Part shown: in pieces, positions 11,895 through 22,644 of the stretch | Position numbering within the stretch: the first letter of the stretch is position 1 | How the letters are laid out: every line of letters begins with the position of its first letter | Assembly: GCA_963755915.1 (NCBI GenBank) | Contig: CAVWLP010000002.1 | Span: 3,936,001-4,000,000 of the forward strand | DNA length: 64,000 nt | Direction of reading: 5' to 3' | DNA from: an uncultured Phycisphaerales bacterium | Lineage (GTDB): Bacteria; Planctomycetota; Phycisphaerae; Tepidisphaerales; Tepidisphaeraceae | Program-made: the position numbers and the translations under genes | The notes under the pieces: generated by a model | What the model saw: only the letters and a program-made list of their open reading frames with translations | What the model was told of the DNA's origin: nothing | Databases searched by the model: none

Positions 11895-13081
11895 TTAAAC
11901 AATTGAAACGGCGACTCGCCCGGCGGCGCAGCCGGTGGCCATGCAAATGCCGCTGACACGGATAGAGGCCATTGCGTCGGAAGTAGCGGAAAGACAGGCG
12001 CCGGCGGCGAGCAAATTTTCAATACTGGCGCTGCGCAGGGCGTCGGAGGGGATGTCGTAAGGTTTTCCGGAAGGGGGGTAGAAATAGGTCGGACCCTGGT
12101 CTTCGACCCATTTTTCGATGGGCCACCAGGCGTGGACGGAGCCGTCGCCGTGGCCGCGGGCGGTGGTGACATCGGATTCGGAGACAGTGAAATGACCGGC
12201 CAGTCGGAGGCCGTCGCGGGGGAGGACGCGGGGGATTTTTCGAGAATTTTTATGCCGGAAAGGGCGTGGATCTCGGCGGCGAGGATCTTCAGGATCTTGT
12301 CGAGGAGCGCCGAAGCGGACTCATGGGAATAATGGGCGGGATTGAGGGCGAGTTTACAGACGCCTTCGCCGGGTCCGGGGCCGGGGTGGAAGGCGGTGAA
12401 GCGGGCGACAGTGGGGAGTGCCCCGGTTTCGACGGCTTTGGCGAGGGCGAAGGGGATTTGGAGGCGGAGAAGCTCGGGGTCGCCGGTGATGCCGGAAAGT
12501 CGGGCGGCGAAGCCACCGAGGATTTTGCCGGTGGAATCGTCCGGGGGTTGATAGGTGTCCGCGCCGGCGAGCTCGAGCAGTTTGCCGCCGCCGGTGCAGT
12601 CGATGACGGCTTTGACGTCGATCCATTGGGGATTTTCACCGGCGATTTGGAGGGCGGTGATGCGATTGCCTTCACGCTTCAGCGCCGAGGCGCGGCAGTT
12701 GAGGCATACATCGGCGCGGGATTCAACGCACATCTGCTGAAGAGCGGATTCCCAGGCGGGGGCGGGGAATTCGAGGACCCAGGCTTTTCCGAGTTGCTTT
12801 GGGGCGGTGCGTATCGGCTCGTTTTTGACGATCAGGCTGACCAGGTGGCGCTGGGCGTCGGCGTTCAGAGTGTCGAGGGCGTTTTTTGGCGCATCGGCGT
12901 AAAGGCCGCAGATGGAGCGGTGCATGGCGGCGGTCACGACACCGCCGAGACGCGGGGCGGCGTCGATTAAGAGAACGCTGCGGGATTGTCCGGCGGACCA
13001 GGCGGCGCAGATTCCAGCGGCACCCGCGCCGACGATGGCGATGTCGTATCCGGTTTTAGTAGCCCGGCTCGGACGGATCAT
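11895..13081 (-). CDS. FAD-dependent oxidoreductase; frameshift near 12230
   Basis: YDIAIVGAGAAG, VIDCTG; the restored C-terminus reads YDIPSDAL..NLLAAGAC..SIRVSGICMATG.AAG. Confidence 0.8.
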
Positions 13082-13481
13082 AGTGGATATCTTCGACACT
13101 CCAGCCGGAAGTGTAAGCGCTGTCGTTGGAGAAGGTGATGACGCCGACGCCTTTGTAGTGGGCGGCCAATCGGGCGTCGTCGCCACCGCCATAATGGAAG
13201 GGGATGAACGCCTTGCCGGTCTGGTAGGTGTTGTAGGAAGTGGGCTGGCCGATGGTGGCGTAGACCTGGTCTCGCTCCTCACCCATCTTGACCTTGGCGA
13301 AGATGGAGTCTGGCGGAATGGGCTGTGTGGCCGGCGCGGCAGAGGCCGAGCTGGAGCCGCTGTCGGAAGAGGAAGTGGTGCTTGCGGTGCTGCCGCCGGA
13401 ACTGCATCCGGCATAAAGGCCGGCGGCAATGACCATTCCCACGGCGGTGATCAGTAGTTTCCTTGCCCCATCGCGATTCAT
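13056..13481 (-). CDS. Lipoprotein, SmpA/BamE-like small domain
   Basis: Lipobox LYAGC, Ser-rich linker, KVKMG....QV...IGQP and GKAFIPF. Confidence 0.7.
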   Translation of the reverse strand: MNRDGARKLLITAVGMVIAAGLYAGCSSGGSTASTTSSSDSGSSSASAAPATQPIPPDSIFAKVKMGEERDQVYATIGQPTSYNTYQTGKAFIPFHYGGGDDARLAAHYKGVGVITFSNDSAYTSGWSVEDIHYDPSEPGY

Positions 13482-13885
13482 TTGAGTCTCCTTTCAGAAA
13501 TGAATGGGCACAAACATAACAGTGAGAGAAGTGGGGAGCAATAGTTTGTGGGGATTTCCGGGATTGCGACGCAGGGCAATCGGGTTCGGAAGGGGCATGT
13601 CCGAAGATGTCCGGAAATGCCCGGGATTCGACGGTGAGTTTTTTTTTCTCCCTGGCTTGGGTTTGATGAACCGGGGAAGATCGCCGCGGAATATGGGTCG
13701 AAGATAAGATGCATCTATATATAGGTCCAAAAGGTGTACGTTTTGTACCTATTTTTGGGAAATCGGCGGATTTTCTGAAAAAAAATTTGAGGGGGAGAAA
13801 TGATGACATGCGATTGCCCTCGGATTGCGAGGCAGGGGGTAAGCCGGCAAATGCTCCTTCGTGGTCCTAAGTGTGATTCTATACA

Positions 13886-14878
13886 ATGGATGGTTTGATG
13901 GTCCTTCCACCGCTTTCGATCCTCGATCTGGCATATATCTGCCGCGGCGCGACTCCGGCGGAGGCGCTGCGAAACGCGATGGATCTTGCCAGGCACGCGG
14001 AGGGGTGGGGCTATCGACGTTATTGGCTTGCCGAGCATCACAACATGACGGGCATCGCCAGCGCTGCGACGTCGGTGGTGATTGGGTACGTGGCGGGTGG
14101 AACGAAAACGATTCGGGTGGGCGCGGGCGGGATCATGCTGCCGAACCATTCGCCGATGCTTATCGCGGAACAGTTTGGGACATTGGAATCGCTGTATCCG
14201 GGGCGAATCGACCTGGGCGTGGGCCGTGCGCCGGGGACGGATCCGCGAACGATGATTGCGCTTCGCCGGCAGCTCGCCACCGCCAATATTTTTGCGCGAG
14301 ATATTCAGGAACTGCGGATGCTGCTGGGTCCTTTGCAGCCGGGGCGGGTCGTGCAGGCGGTGCCAGGTACGGGGCTGAAAGTGCCGATCTGGGTGCTGGG
14401 GTCGAGCCTTGCTGGGGCTCAGATCGCGGCTGATTTTGGGGTTCCATATGCGTTTGCGGGGCAGTTTGCACCGGCGCAAATGATGGAGGCGCTGCGAGCG
14501 TACCGCGGGGAATTCAAGCCGTCGGAGCAGCTGAAAAATCCGCACGTTATGGTGGGCGTAAATGTGATCGCGGCAGATTCAGACGCCGAAGCGAAGCGTC
14601 TGTTTACGTCGATGCAGCAGAGCTACACGAATCTGGTCCGCGGGGCGAATGGGCCGCTTCCGCCGCCGATCGACGACATTGAATCGTATTGGTCTGGCGA
14701 GGAGAAGGAGCGCGTGTCGGCCATGCTGGCAAAATCGTTTGTGGGATCGCCGGAGTCGGTAGTTAAGGGCCTTCGTACACTGGTTGATGAAACGGGGGCG
14801 GATGAACTGATCGTCTCGACAGGTATCTTCGATCATTCACTGCGGCTGCGATCGTACAAGCTACTCAGCCAGTTGTGA
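13886..14878 (+). CDS. Luciferase-like monooxygenase (LLM class, YhbW-like)
   Basis: [20 protein letters not shown] and [13 protein letters not shown]. Confidence 0.95.
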   Translation: MDGLMVLPPLSILDLAYICRGATPAEALRNAMDLARHAEGWGYRRYWLAEHHNMTGIASAATSVVIGYVAGGTKTIRVGAGGIMLPNHSPMLIAEQFGTLESLYPGRIDLGVGRAPGTDPRTMIALRRQLATANIFARDIQELRMLLGPLQPGRVVQAVPGTGLKVPIWVLGSSLAGAQIAADFGVPYAFAGQFAPAQMMEALRAYRGEFKPSEQLKNPHVMVGVNVIAADSDAEAKRLFTSMQQSYTNLVRGANGPLPPPIDDIESYWSGEEKERVSAMLAKSFVGSPESVVKGLRTLVDETGADELIVSTGIFDHSLRLRSYKLLSQL

Positions 14879-16099
14879 CTTCGCAGGCGATGGCGGAGTT
14901 GATGCCGCCGAAGGCGAAGCTGTTTTTGAGGAATTTCGTGAAGCGGAGGGGTGTTTTTTCGCGGACGTGGGAGACTCCCGCGCAGGCGGGGTCGATTTCT
15001 TCGAGGTTGTGGGTGGGATAGATGGCGCCGGAGCGGGCCATTTCGATGGTGGCGGCGAGTTCGATGGGGCCTGAGGCGCCGAACGTGTGGCCCATGTTTC
15101 CTTTGAGGCTGCTGACGGGCGTCGCGTTGCCGAAGACGGCGGCGATAGCGCGGGCCTCGGCGGCGTCGCCCTGAGTCGTGCCGGTGGCGTGGGCGTTGAC
15201 GTAGGCGATGTCGGACGGCGACAGATTTCCTTCGGCGAGGGCGGTTTTCATGCAGTTGGTCATGGAGACGTCGTCGGACTGGCTGACGTGGATGCCGTTG
15301 TTACAGGTGTGGTAGCCGAGGACTTCGGCGAGGATTTTGCGCCGCGTTTCTGGGCATGCTCCAAAGATTCGATAATGACAACGCCTGCACCTTCGCCGCA
15401 GATGAGTCCATCGCGCTTGGCATCGAAGGGGCGCGGGGTGGCGGAGGGGCGGTCGTTAAACTGGGCCGAGGCGGCGTAGAGGATATCGAAGGAACCGACG
15501 ACGGTTTCGTGCAGCTCTTCAGCGCCGCCGCAGAGGACGACGTCCTGGCGGCCGAGGCGTACTTGGTCGCAGGCGGCGCCGACGGCTTGTAGGCCGGAAG
15601 CGCAGGCGGCGGAGGTGGCGGAGACGACGCCCTTGACGCCGAAGAACTGGGCGACGTTGAGGGCGACGGTGTGGGAGATGCAGCGGAAGAATTCGCTGGC
15701 TCCGAGCATGACGTATTCGTTTTTGGCGAGGAGGATTTCGTATGTTTGGGTGATAGCCTGGGGACTGCCGGTGGTGGAGCCCATGATGCAGCCGATGCGG
15801 GGGTTGTCCGGGATTTCCGCGGGGTTGATGCCGGCGTGCTGGAGGGCCTGGGTTGCAGCCTGGACGGCGTAGATGCTCATCGGGCTCATGGTGCGGCGGA
15901 GGGAGCGCGGGATGGCCTTGGGGTCGCGCATTTCGATGGGAGCGCCGACCTGGCAGCGAAGACGGCCGAAGCGGTTCCAGGAGGGGGGCATGGCGCGGGT
16001 GGCGCAGACGCCGGCGTCGAGGCCCCGCATCATCTCGGCGACGGAGTAGCCGATGGGGCTGACGACGCCATATCCGGTAATTACCGCGCGGTTGAACAA
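14865..16099 (-). CDS. Beta-ketoacyl-ACP synthase (FabF-like, active); frameshift near 15335
   Basis: SAACASG (Cys), NAHATGT, KGNMGHT and KNSFAFGG. Confidence 0.9.
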
Positions 16100-17601
16100 G
16101 TTGATCCTGAAAGATATTCGCGGAAGACTTCGCGGCCGAGGATGCTTCGGCAGACGAAAAAGGCGGAGGTCATCGCCCCCAGGACGCCGGGAAGAAGGGC
16201 GCTTTGGCCGGCGGCATAGAGATTGGTCAGGGGGAGGCGGCCGGATAGGTTGAACTGGCCCATCTTCTGGCGGATGCCGTAGGCGCTGCCGTCGGGGTTG
16301 TGGAGATAATCGCGATAAGTGAGGCTGGAGGCGGAATCGATGACGCGCATTTCGGCGCACTGGGGGATAAATTTTTTGATCCTGCCGACGATGGATTCGG
16401 TGCGCTCGGTTTTGTACTGGTAATACTCCGGTGGGCGGCGTTTGAGTTTGGTTTCGAACCAGCCCTGCGTGGTTTCGGGGAAGGCGACCTCGAGCGCGGT
16501 GACCGTGTTGACGGAGCCATCTGATGCGCGCTCGCGGCTGCGGAGGACCATCATCGCGCCTTCGCGATGGGCTAGATGATCCTGGGGACGATGGGTGAGC
16601 ATATCGTCAAGGTTTTCATCCGGCAGAATCGAGGCGAGGGTGATAGCGCCGCCTTCCATTTTTTCCAGGGCACCGTAGACGGTGAAGAAGGCGTTGCTGG
16701 GCTGAAAATCGCCGACGCGCTCCTGGAACGCCTTGGAGAGATGTTCCTTGGGCAAAACCGCCAGGACGCTGGCGGGGTGGATGGTGAAGATGACGGAACT
16801 GGCGGTGACTTCGGTGCGGTCGGAAAGGAGGAAGCGGGTGACCTTGCGGTTGGCGACCTCGGCGCACTGCTGGATGGTGCAGCGGGTGCGGATTTCGACG
16901 GAATCGTGTTTGAGGACATCTACGAGTGAATCGACGAAGGCGTCGCCGCCGTCTTCGACGCGGGCGAGGGATTCCTGCATCCCCCAGCTTGCCCGGCAAT
17001 GTGTGGCGAAGGAGGCTTCGGAGGGCTTGGTGCCGTAGCACATGCACAGGCCGCCGAGGATGGTTTGGAGGGTGCGGTCGGAGGTTGTGTCGTCGAGAAC
17101 GGTCTGGAGGCTGACGTGGTCTTCATCGAGGGGAGGGGGGAAGGTGTCGAAGCCGGAGACGTTTAGGGTTGGGGTGTTGTCGACGACGTGGTGGAAGCGA
17201 CGGAAATAGCGTTCGAGGCCTTCACGTTCTTTGGGGAAATCGCGGCAGAGCTGTTCGTGAACGATATCGGTGCCGCAGGGGACGACGTATTCGAGATTCG
17301 CATGGGGGAAGATCATGCGATGGCAGGCTTCGCGCGGGAAATAGATGGGGTGGATGCGTTCGCGGACGCCGAGGAGGGAGAGGATGACGTCGAGGACGCC
17401 GTTGCGATCGTCGGTGAATCCGCCGGTGAAATGGAAGCCGACGTCAAAGGGAATTCCCTCGACGCGGAAGCGGGCCAAAGAGCCGCCGAGGATGGAGGCT
17501 TTTTCGAGGAGGAGGACCCGTTTTCCGGTTTGGGAGAGGATTCGAGCGGCGGTGAGGCCGGTGATTCCGCTGCCGACGACGATGGTATCGTAAGATTTCA
17601 T
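16081..17601 (-). CDS. Phytoene-desaturase-like NAD(P)/FAD oxidoreductase
   Basis: YDTIVVGSGITG, FDVGFH, TYRDY...PDGSAYG and NLYAAGQS...PGVLGA. Confidence 0.85.
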   Translation of the reverse strand: MKSYDTIVVGSGITGLTAARILSQTGKRVLLLEKASILGGSLARFRVEGIPFDVGFHFTGGFTDDRNGVLDVILSLLGVRERIHPIYFPREACHRMIFPHANLEYVVPCGTDIVHEQLCRDFPKEREGLERYFRRFHHVVDNTPTLNVSGFDTFPPPLDEDHVSLQTVLDDTTSDRTLQTILGGLCMCYGTKPSEASFATHCRASWGMQESLARVEDGGDAFVDSLVDVLKHDSVEIRTRCTIQQCAEVANRKVTRFLLSDRTEVTASSVIFTIHPASVLAVLPKEHLSKAFQERVGDFQPSNAFFTVYGALEKMEGGAITLASILPDENLDDMLTHRPQDHLAHREGAMMVLRSRERASDGSVNTVTALEVAFPETTQGWFETKLKRRPPEYYQYKTERTESIVGRIKKFIPQCAEMRVIDSASSLTYRDYLHNPDGSAYGIRQKMGQFNLSGRLPLTNLYAAGQSALLPGVLGAMTSAFFVCRSILGREVFREYLSGSTCSTAR

Positions 17602-17606
17602 CGATC

Positions 17607-18340
17607 TTAAGTTGCCAGCCCACCGTTGATGCCGATGACCTGGCCATGAATATACATGGATTTCTCGCGGCAGAGAAATTCGATGACGGAGGCGACATCG
17701 TCCGGCTGACCGAAGCAGCCGAGAGGGATGAGAGGGAGGATCTGGTCCTTGGGGAGGTTGGCGGTCATGTCGGTTTCGATGAGGCCCGGGGCGACCACGT
17801 TGACAAAGATATTGCGCTTGCCGACTTCGCGCGCCAAGGCTTTGGCCGCGCCAATGAGACCGGCCTTGGCGGCGGAGTAGTTGACCTGCCCAGCCTGTCC
17901 CACCTGACCGGAGACGGAGGCGACGGCGACGATGCGCCGCGGCGGGCGCGAATCATGGCGAATAGGACGGAGTTCATGACGTTGTAAAAGCCGTCGAGGT
18001 CGGTGCGGATGACGGTGGACCATTCTTCAGGCTTCATCCAGACGAGAAGATTGTCGCGGGTCACGCCGGCGTTGAAGACGACGATGGCGGGGGGAGTCTC
18101 GTCGGCACGGTCCCGGAGGGCTTTTTCGGTGGCGGCGAAATCGCTGACGTCAAAGCAGAAAAGCTCGCACTTGCGATCGAGCGATTCGATCTGGCGGGCG
18201 GTTTCTTTTGCCTGGTCGTGGTTGGAGCGATAGGTGAGCCAGATGTCGCACCCGCTTCGGGCGAGGCGGAGGGCGACGGCTTTGCCAATGCCTCGGCTGC
18301 CGCCAACGACCAGAGCGATGTCTGGAGAACCGTCCGACAA
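17607..18340 (-). CDS. fabG: 3-oxoacyl-ACP reductase; frameshift near 17940
   Basis: GGSRGIG, NAGVTRD, GQVNYSAAKAG (YxxxK) and VAPGLIETDMT. Confidence 0.9.
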
Positions 18341-18448
18341 GGGGAACCTTTCAAAATCGACTGGCTATGATTTTCAAAATGCCCGGAACTGTGATGGGGG
18401 GAGTATAGATTGCCGGTTGCCAATTGCCAAATGCCGAATGGGAAAAGG

Positions 18449-18480
18449 GTGTGAAAGTGTGAAAGTGTGAAAGTGTGAAA
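18449..18480. repeat. Octamer tandem repeat (GTGTGAAA)x4
   Basis: Read directly in the divergent fabG/methyltransferase intergenic region. Confidence 0.85.
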
Positions 18481-18502
18481 GAGGGGCGGTAAGATTTTTT
18501 TT

Positions 18503-19275
18503 ATGTCCAGGGCTGCGGTGGTTGTCGGCGTTTTGGTGGGCGTGATTGTTTTGGCGCCGATTTTCTTGAGGCTTTTTCTGGGTGTGCGGCCGGAGGGGGC
18601 GAAATCGTGGCGGGATCGGGTGCAGCTCAAGTATCAGCGGCTGGGGACTTTCACGTGGATGTTTGCCCGGTTCAAGATGAGGCTCGATCCGATGTTTCGG
18701 GAGTTGCCGGAATTTTTAGGGAAAACGCCCGGGTTTAAGGAAGTTTTAGATTTGGGGTGCGGGCATGGGATCGCGGGGTGCGCGCTGATGGCGTGGGTTG
18801 CGGAGGTGAGGGTTTACGGGGTGGAGCCGAATCCGCGGCGCGTGGCAGCAGGCGCGAGGCGTTTGGGATGAGAGGCGTGGTTCAAAAGGGCGCCGCACCG
18901 GATTTTGAGTGGGCAGGGCTGCCCGAGAAATTGGACGCGGCGTTTGCCCTGGACATGATGCACTTTCTCGATGACGCGGCGTTTACACTCACGCTGTGGA
19001 AGCTTCGAAGAAGGTTGCGCGAAGGGGGAAAATTGTTTATGCGAATCCCGATGGCGCCGGCGGGAAAGGGATCGATGGCATGGAAGATTGATCTGATCAA
19101 CCGGCGGATTCGGAGCATTCCCGCGACGCATCGCTCTAAGGAGGCGATTGAGAAGGCGATTGCCAATGCGGGGTTCAGCATATTGACGGTGCGGCCGTCG
19201 GGCGGGAATCGGGAATTGTTTTGGTTTATCGCTACGGCAAGCGGTGGCGCAGAAGAAAGAGAATCACCGCGATGA
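18503..19275 (+). CDS. Class I SAM-dependent methyltransferase; frameshift near 18850
   Basis: VLDLGCGHG motif I, GVEP, and D...LDMMHFL motif across two ORFs. Confidence 0.8.
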
Positions 19276-19996
19276 ACAGCAGGACATGCGCGGCGATGAT
19301 GGGAATGAGACGGCGGGTGCTGAATTCGTTCCAGTGCTGGAGGATTTCCAGGCCACCAAACAGGCGGCGGCTGCGGTCGACGCGTTTAAGAGCGTCGTTA
19401 TCGGTGGAAGCGCCGCTCTGATAGGCGAAGGAGGGGTAGAGGGCATAGATGCCTTCGTTGCCGGTGGAGCGCAGGAAATCGTCGAATGAGACGCCGGCGT
19501 AGGGCGCTTCGACGAGTTTCTGGGCGAAATCGCGGCGGATGACGTAACCGTGGGCGAGGCAGCGGTAGGCGATTTTGACGACGGAGGGATAGGCGGTTTT
19601 TCGAGAGGAATTGACGAAGCAGCCGAAGAAGAAGAGTCGCCAGTTGGGATCGGCGTGCATGAATTGCACGGCGCGGCGGAGGCGTTTGACGGAGAAGCGC
19701 TTGAAGAGGATATCGTCCTCAAAGACGACGATTTTGTTTGCGCCGGCGGCGAGACCCTGGCGAAGGCAGGCAAGATGGGATTCGAAGATGCCGCGTTCGC
19801 TGTCGGTGAGGTCTTTGTCGGCGATGACAAATTCAACTTTTGACGCCAGCCCGACGCGCTGGAATTCGGCTTTGGCGCTTTGCAGGCGGTCCGGGCGCTG
19901 GGCGAGGGAGATGCAGTATATTTTTTCGAAAGAGTTCCAGGGACAGTTGGAGGTATTTTGCTGTGCGGAAGCCGGCTGAAGGGTTGAGAGGGTCAC
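19232..19996 (-). CDS. Glycosyltransferase family 25-like, C-terminal TM
   Basis: IYCISL..RPDR, G.F.SH and VFEDD. Confidence 0.8.
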   Translation of the reverse strand: MTLSTLQPASAQQNTSNCPWNSFEKIYCISLAQRPDRLQSAKAEFQRVGLASKVEFVIADKDLTDSERGIFESHLACLRQGLAAGANKIVVFEDDILFKRFSVKRLRRAVQFMHADPNWRLFFFGCFVNSSRKTAYPSVVKIAYRCLAHGYVIRRDFAQKLVEAPYAGVSFDDFLRSTGNEGIYALYPSFAYQSGASTDNDALKRVDRSRRLFGGLEILQHWNEFSTRRLIPIIAAHVLLFIAVILFLLRHRLP

Positions 19997-20040
19997 TTTT
20001 TCTTCCCTAAGCCCATGGAGCGCTGCGACTGAATCGGCTA

Positions 20041-20463
20041 TTGTGCCGATGGGAAATTTTACACGTGAATCAGACGCTGTACAAGATCGGGCTGCGTCTG
20101 TCGCAAACGAATTATGTGCGGCAGGCGATCGAAGACCGCGCAGATCTGATGGAATTCCGCAAGCGGCCAACGCTTCGGATTCTTGGGGGGATGTTTTTCA
20201 TCGGGTTGAGCTTTGCGATGTGCTGGCCGGTGATCATTCCATTGGAGGGTCTGGCGGTCTATTTGCGGCGATCGTGGCCGTTGATATTGGCGGGGGTTAT
20301 TTATTTTTCGTCGCACGGGATGTTCATGGCAGGGATGCTTTTGTGCGGGGAGAAATATACGCGGATCACGCTGCGATGGGCGACGCGGTGCGGGGTTGAG
20401 CGACTGCTTCAGTTTGGGGAGAAGCGCAAGCCGGCCGAGGCTGAGCGCGGTGGGTCAGCCTGA
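20041..20463 (+). CDS. Hypothetical 2-3 TM membrane protein
   Basis: ORF with hydrophobic helices; start uncertain. Confidence 0.55.
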   Translation: MCRWEILHVNQTLYKIGLRLSQTNYVRQAIEDRADLMEFRKRPTLRILGGMFFIGLSFAMCWPVIIPLEGLAVYLRRSWPLILAGVIYFSSHGMFMAGMLLCGEKYTRITLRWATRCGVERLLQFGEKRKPAEAERGGSA

Positions 20464-21375
20464 AGTTTGCGGCTTCTTCCACAGGTCATAGAAATTGTAG
20501 AATTGCCAGGGGTAATCCTTCGTGAATTGCTCGATGGCATCCGCAAACTGCTGGGCGTAGGGGGCGTAGTCGGCCGGCTTTCGGCCGAGATTGGGCGGGA
20601 CTTCGATGATTTTCAGGACCCGCAATTCATAGGAGCGGGGGCTGGTTTTGGGGGCGGCCATAACCAGCACCGGGCATTCCGTCGCGGAGGCGAGGCGATA
20701 GGGGGTTACGGGGAGCATCACAGTGTCGCCGAGGAATTTTGCGGGAACGGTGTTCTGGTCGTTGCCGAAGATGCGGTCGCCCATCATGGTGACGATTTCG
20801 CCGCGGAGCAGCGCGTTGGTCATTTCCACAACCCCGGCAATGCCGGAGCGAGGGTCGATCATGGCGGCGGCCTGGGGTTTGAGAAGCATTGGCGCGTGAG
20901 TTTCGGGGATCATGACGATCGAGACGTGCTTGGGGAACTGCGTGAGTGCGGCAAGGCCGAGCTGAAAACAGCCGACGTGGGCATGGATAAGGACGAAACC
21001 TTTCGGCTGGGAGCAGAGCTGGATAAGGCGGTCGTGTTCGGGGGCAGTGGCGGAAATGGCAGAGGGGCCGAGGACTTCGAGGACAACCATGTCGACGAGG
21101 GTGGCGGCGTGAGTGCGGACGAGGCGGTAGTCATCGAGAAATCGGCGGAGCAATCCTTTACGCTCTGGGAAGCGGCGATTGAGGTAGTGGCGGCAGCGAC
21201 GGCGAATCGAGGGATAGAAGAGGACGTACCAGAAGGCAACGATGAGGGCGATGTGGTAGCCGCGCGCGCGGCCGCCGAAGCGGATGAGCCGGTGGAAGAA
21301 CCGGGTCTGCCACTTGAGTCCGATTCCGGGCTGGGCCCATGCCGAGGGTGAGGGGGTGTTGAGGGTGGAGGACAT
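20455..21375 (-). CDS. LpxL/HtrB-like lipid acyltransferase (APE-cluster type)
   Basis: LIHAHVG, GEIVTMMGDR and YPWQFYNFYDLW. Confidence 0.85.
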   Translation of the reverse strand: MSSTLNTPSPSAWAQPGIGLKWQTRFFHRLIRFGGRARGYHIALIVAFWYVLFYPSIRRRCRHYLNRRFPERKGLLRRFLDDYRLVRTHAATLVDMVVLEVLGPSAISATAPEHDRLIQLCSQPKGFVLIHAHVGCFQLGLAALTQFPKHVSIVMIPETHAPMLLKPQAAAMIDPRSGIAGVVEMTNALLRGEIVTMMGDRIFGNDQNTVPAKFLGDTVMLPVTPYRLASATECPVLVMAAPKTSPRSYELRVLKIIEVPPNLGRKPADYAPYAQQFADAIEQFTKDYPWQFYNFYDLWKKPQTSG

Positions 21376-21510
21376 GGACTGGGAGCGGATCGTACTCGAT
21401 GAAATGTGGTCGTTGCGAGTGGTGAGTTGCGTGTTGCGAGTGAAATACAGGTAATCTTGTTTTGGCGTTGCTCGACCTGTAAACTTTTCGCGGGTCAATG
21501 AGGTAACTTG

Positions 21511-21771
21511 ATGACAGATGCAGAGTTGATTCAAGCTGTTAACGACGTGTTTGCCGATTCGTTTGAAATACCTCGCGAGAAGCTGGCGCCCGAAGCGCAG
21601 ATTTTCGGCGATTTGGGGCTGGACAGCCTGGACGTGGTGGATTTAGTGGCCGCTATCCAGAAGCGGTTTAACGTCCAGGTTCGGGATGATGAGCGGATTC
21701 GATCGATTCGCAGCCTTCAGGATTTGTACAATTACCTGATCATGATCCGCAACGAGCAGAAGAAGGGCTGA
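21511..21771 (+). CDS. Acyl carrier protein
   Basis: DLGLDSLDVVDL. Confidence 0.95.
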   Translation: MTDAELIQAVNDVFADSFEIPREKLAPEAQIFGDLGLDSLDVVDLVAAIQKRFNVQVRDDERIRSIRSLQDLYNYLIMIRNEQKKG

Positions 21772-21777
21772 GACGCG

Positions 21778-22590
21778 ATGGACGCGCGGCCTGGGCAACC
21801 CCAGAGGATTTTTTGGCGGCTGGAGACGGCGGCGCTGAACGTGCTGTTCTGGTGCCTGTTTCCGTTTTGGACGGCGCTGCTGGTGGTGGTGGGGCTGCCG
21901 TATTACTACGCATTCAGATTGCTGACGCGGAATCCCCGGCGGTCGGTGTGGGTCATACGGCGGACGATCACCCATTATGGAAGGCTGGTCATCCGTTCGG
22001 GGTGGCCGTTCGTAAGGGTGAAGTATGTGGACTTGGCGCCGGATGAGCGTCCGCCGTGGGTGTTTGTCGCGAATCATCGGTCGACGTCGGATGCGTTTTT
22101 GATGTCGGTGTTGCCGGGCGAATGCGTGCAGGTGCTGAATATCTGGACCTCTCGGCTGTATATCGTGAACCGGCTTTCGCGGCTGGGCGAGTATTTGCGC
22201 GTGAAGGAGATTTCCTTCGAGCAGTTCATGGAGCAGGGAGTGGCATTGCTGACCGCGGGGGTGTCGGTGATTGCGTTTCCAGAGGGGACGCGTTCGGGGT
22301 CGCGGCAGATGGGGCCGTTCCATGGGGCAATTTTCCGGGTTGCCCAGAAGGCGGGGGTGAAGGTTTGTCCGATCGCGATTTCGGGGAGCGAGGAGATTCC
22401 TCACAAAGGGTCGCTGGTGATGCATGCGGGGAAAATCACCATAACCAAACTTCCTTCGCTGACGGCGGAGCAGTATCACGGTATGAATGCATTTCAGCTC
22501 AAGATGCGGGCGCACGACATCATCGACAAATACCTGGACCCGCGTCCGGAGCTTGCGGCTCGTCCGGAACTCGATCCGCAGCCGATTTAG
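21778..22590 (+). CDS. PlsC-like lysophospholipid acyltransferase
   Basis: ANHRSTSD (HxxxxD) and FPEGTRS. Confidence 0.9.
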   Translation: MDARPGQPQRIFWRLETAALNVLFWCLFPFWTALLVVVGLPYYYAFRLLTRNPRRSVWVIRRTITHYGRLVIRSGWPFVRVKYVDLAPDERPPWVFVANHRSTSDAFLMSVLPGECVQVLNIWTSRLYIVNRLSRLGEYLRVKEISFEQFMEQGVALLTAGVSVIAFPEGTRSGSRQMGPFHGAIFRVAQKAGVKVCPIAISGSEEIPHKGSLVMHAGKITITKLPSLTAEQYHGMNAFQLKMRAHDIIDKYLDPRPELAARPELDPQPI

Positions 22591-22644
22591 GCAGCGAAAC
22601 AATGATTAACCGCTGGCTGCGCTAGAGATCGCCGAGAGCGCAGA

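Noticed and set aside
16081-17601. Carotenoid pathway (crtI)
   Set aside because: No phytoene synthase or prenyltransferase; the gene is embedded between fabG and a KS
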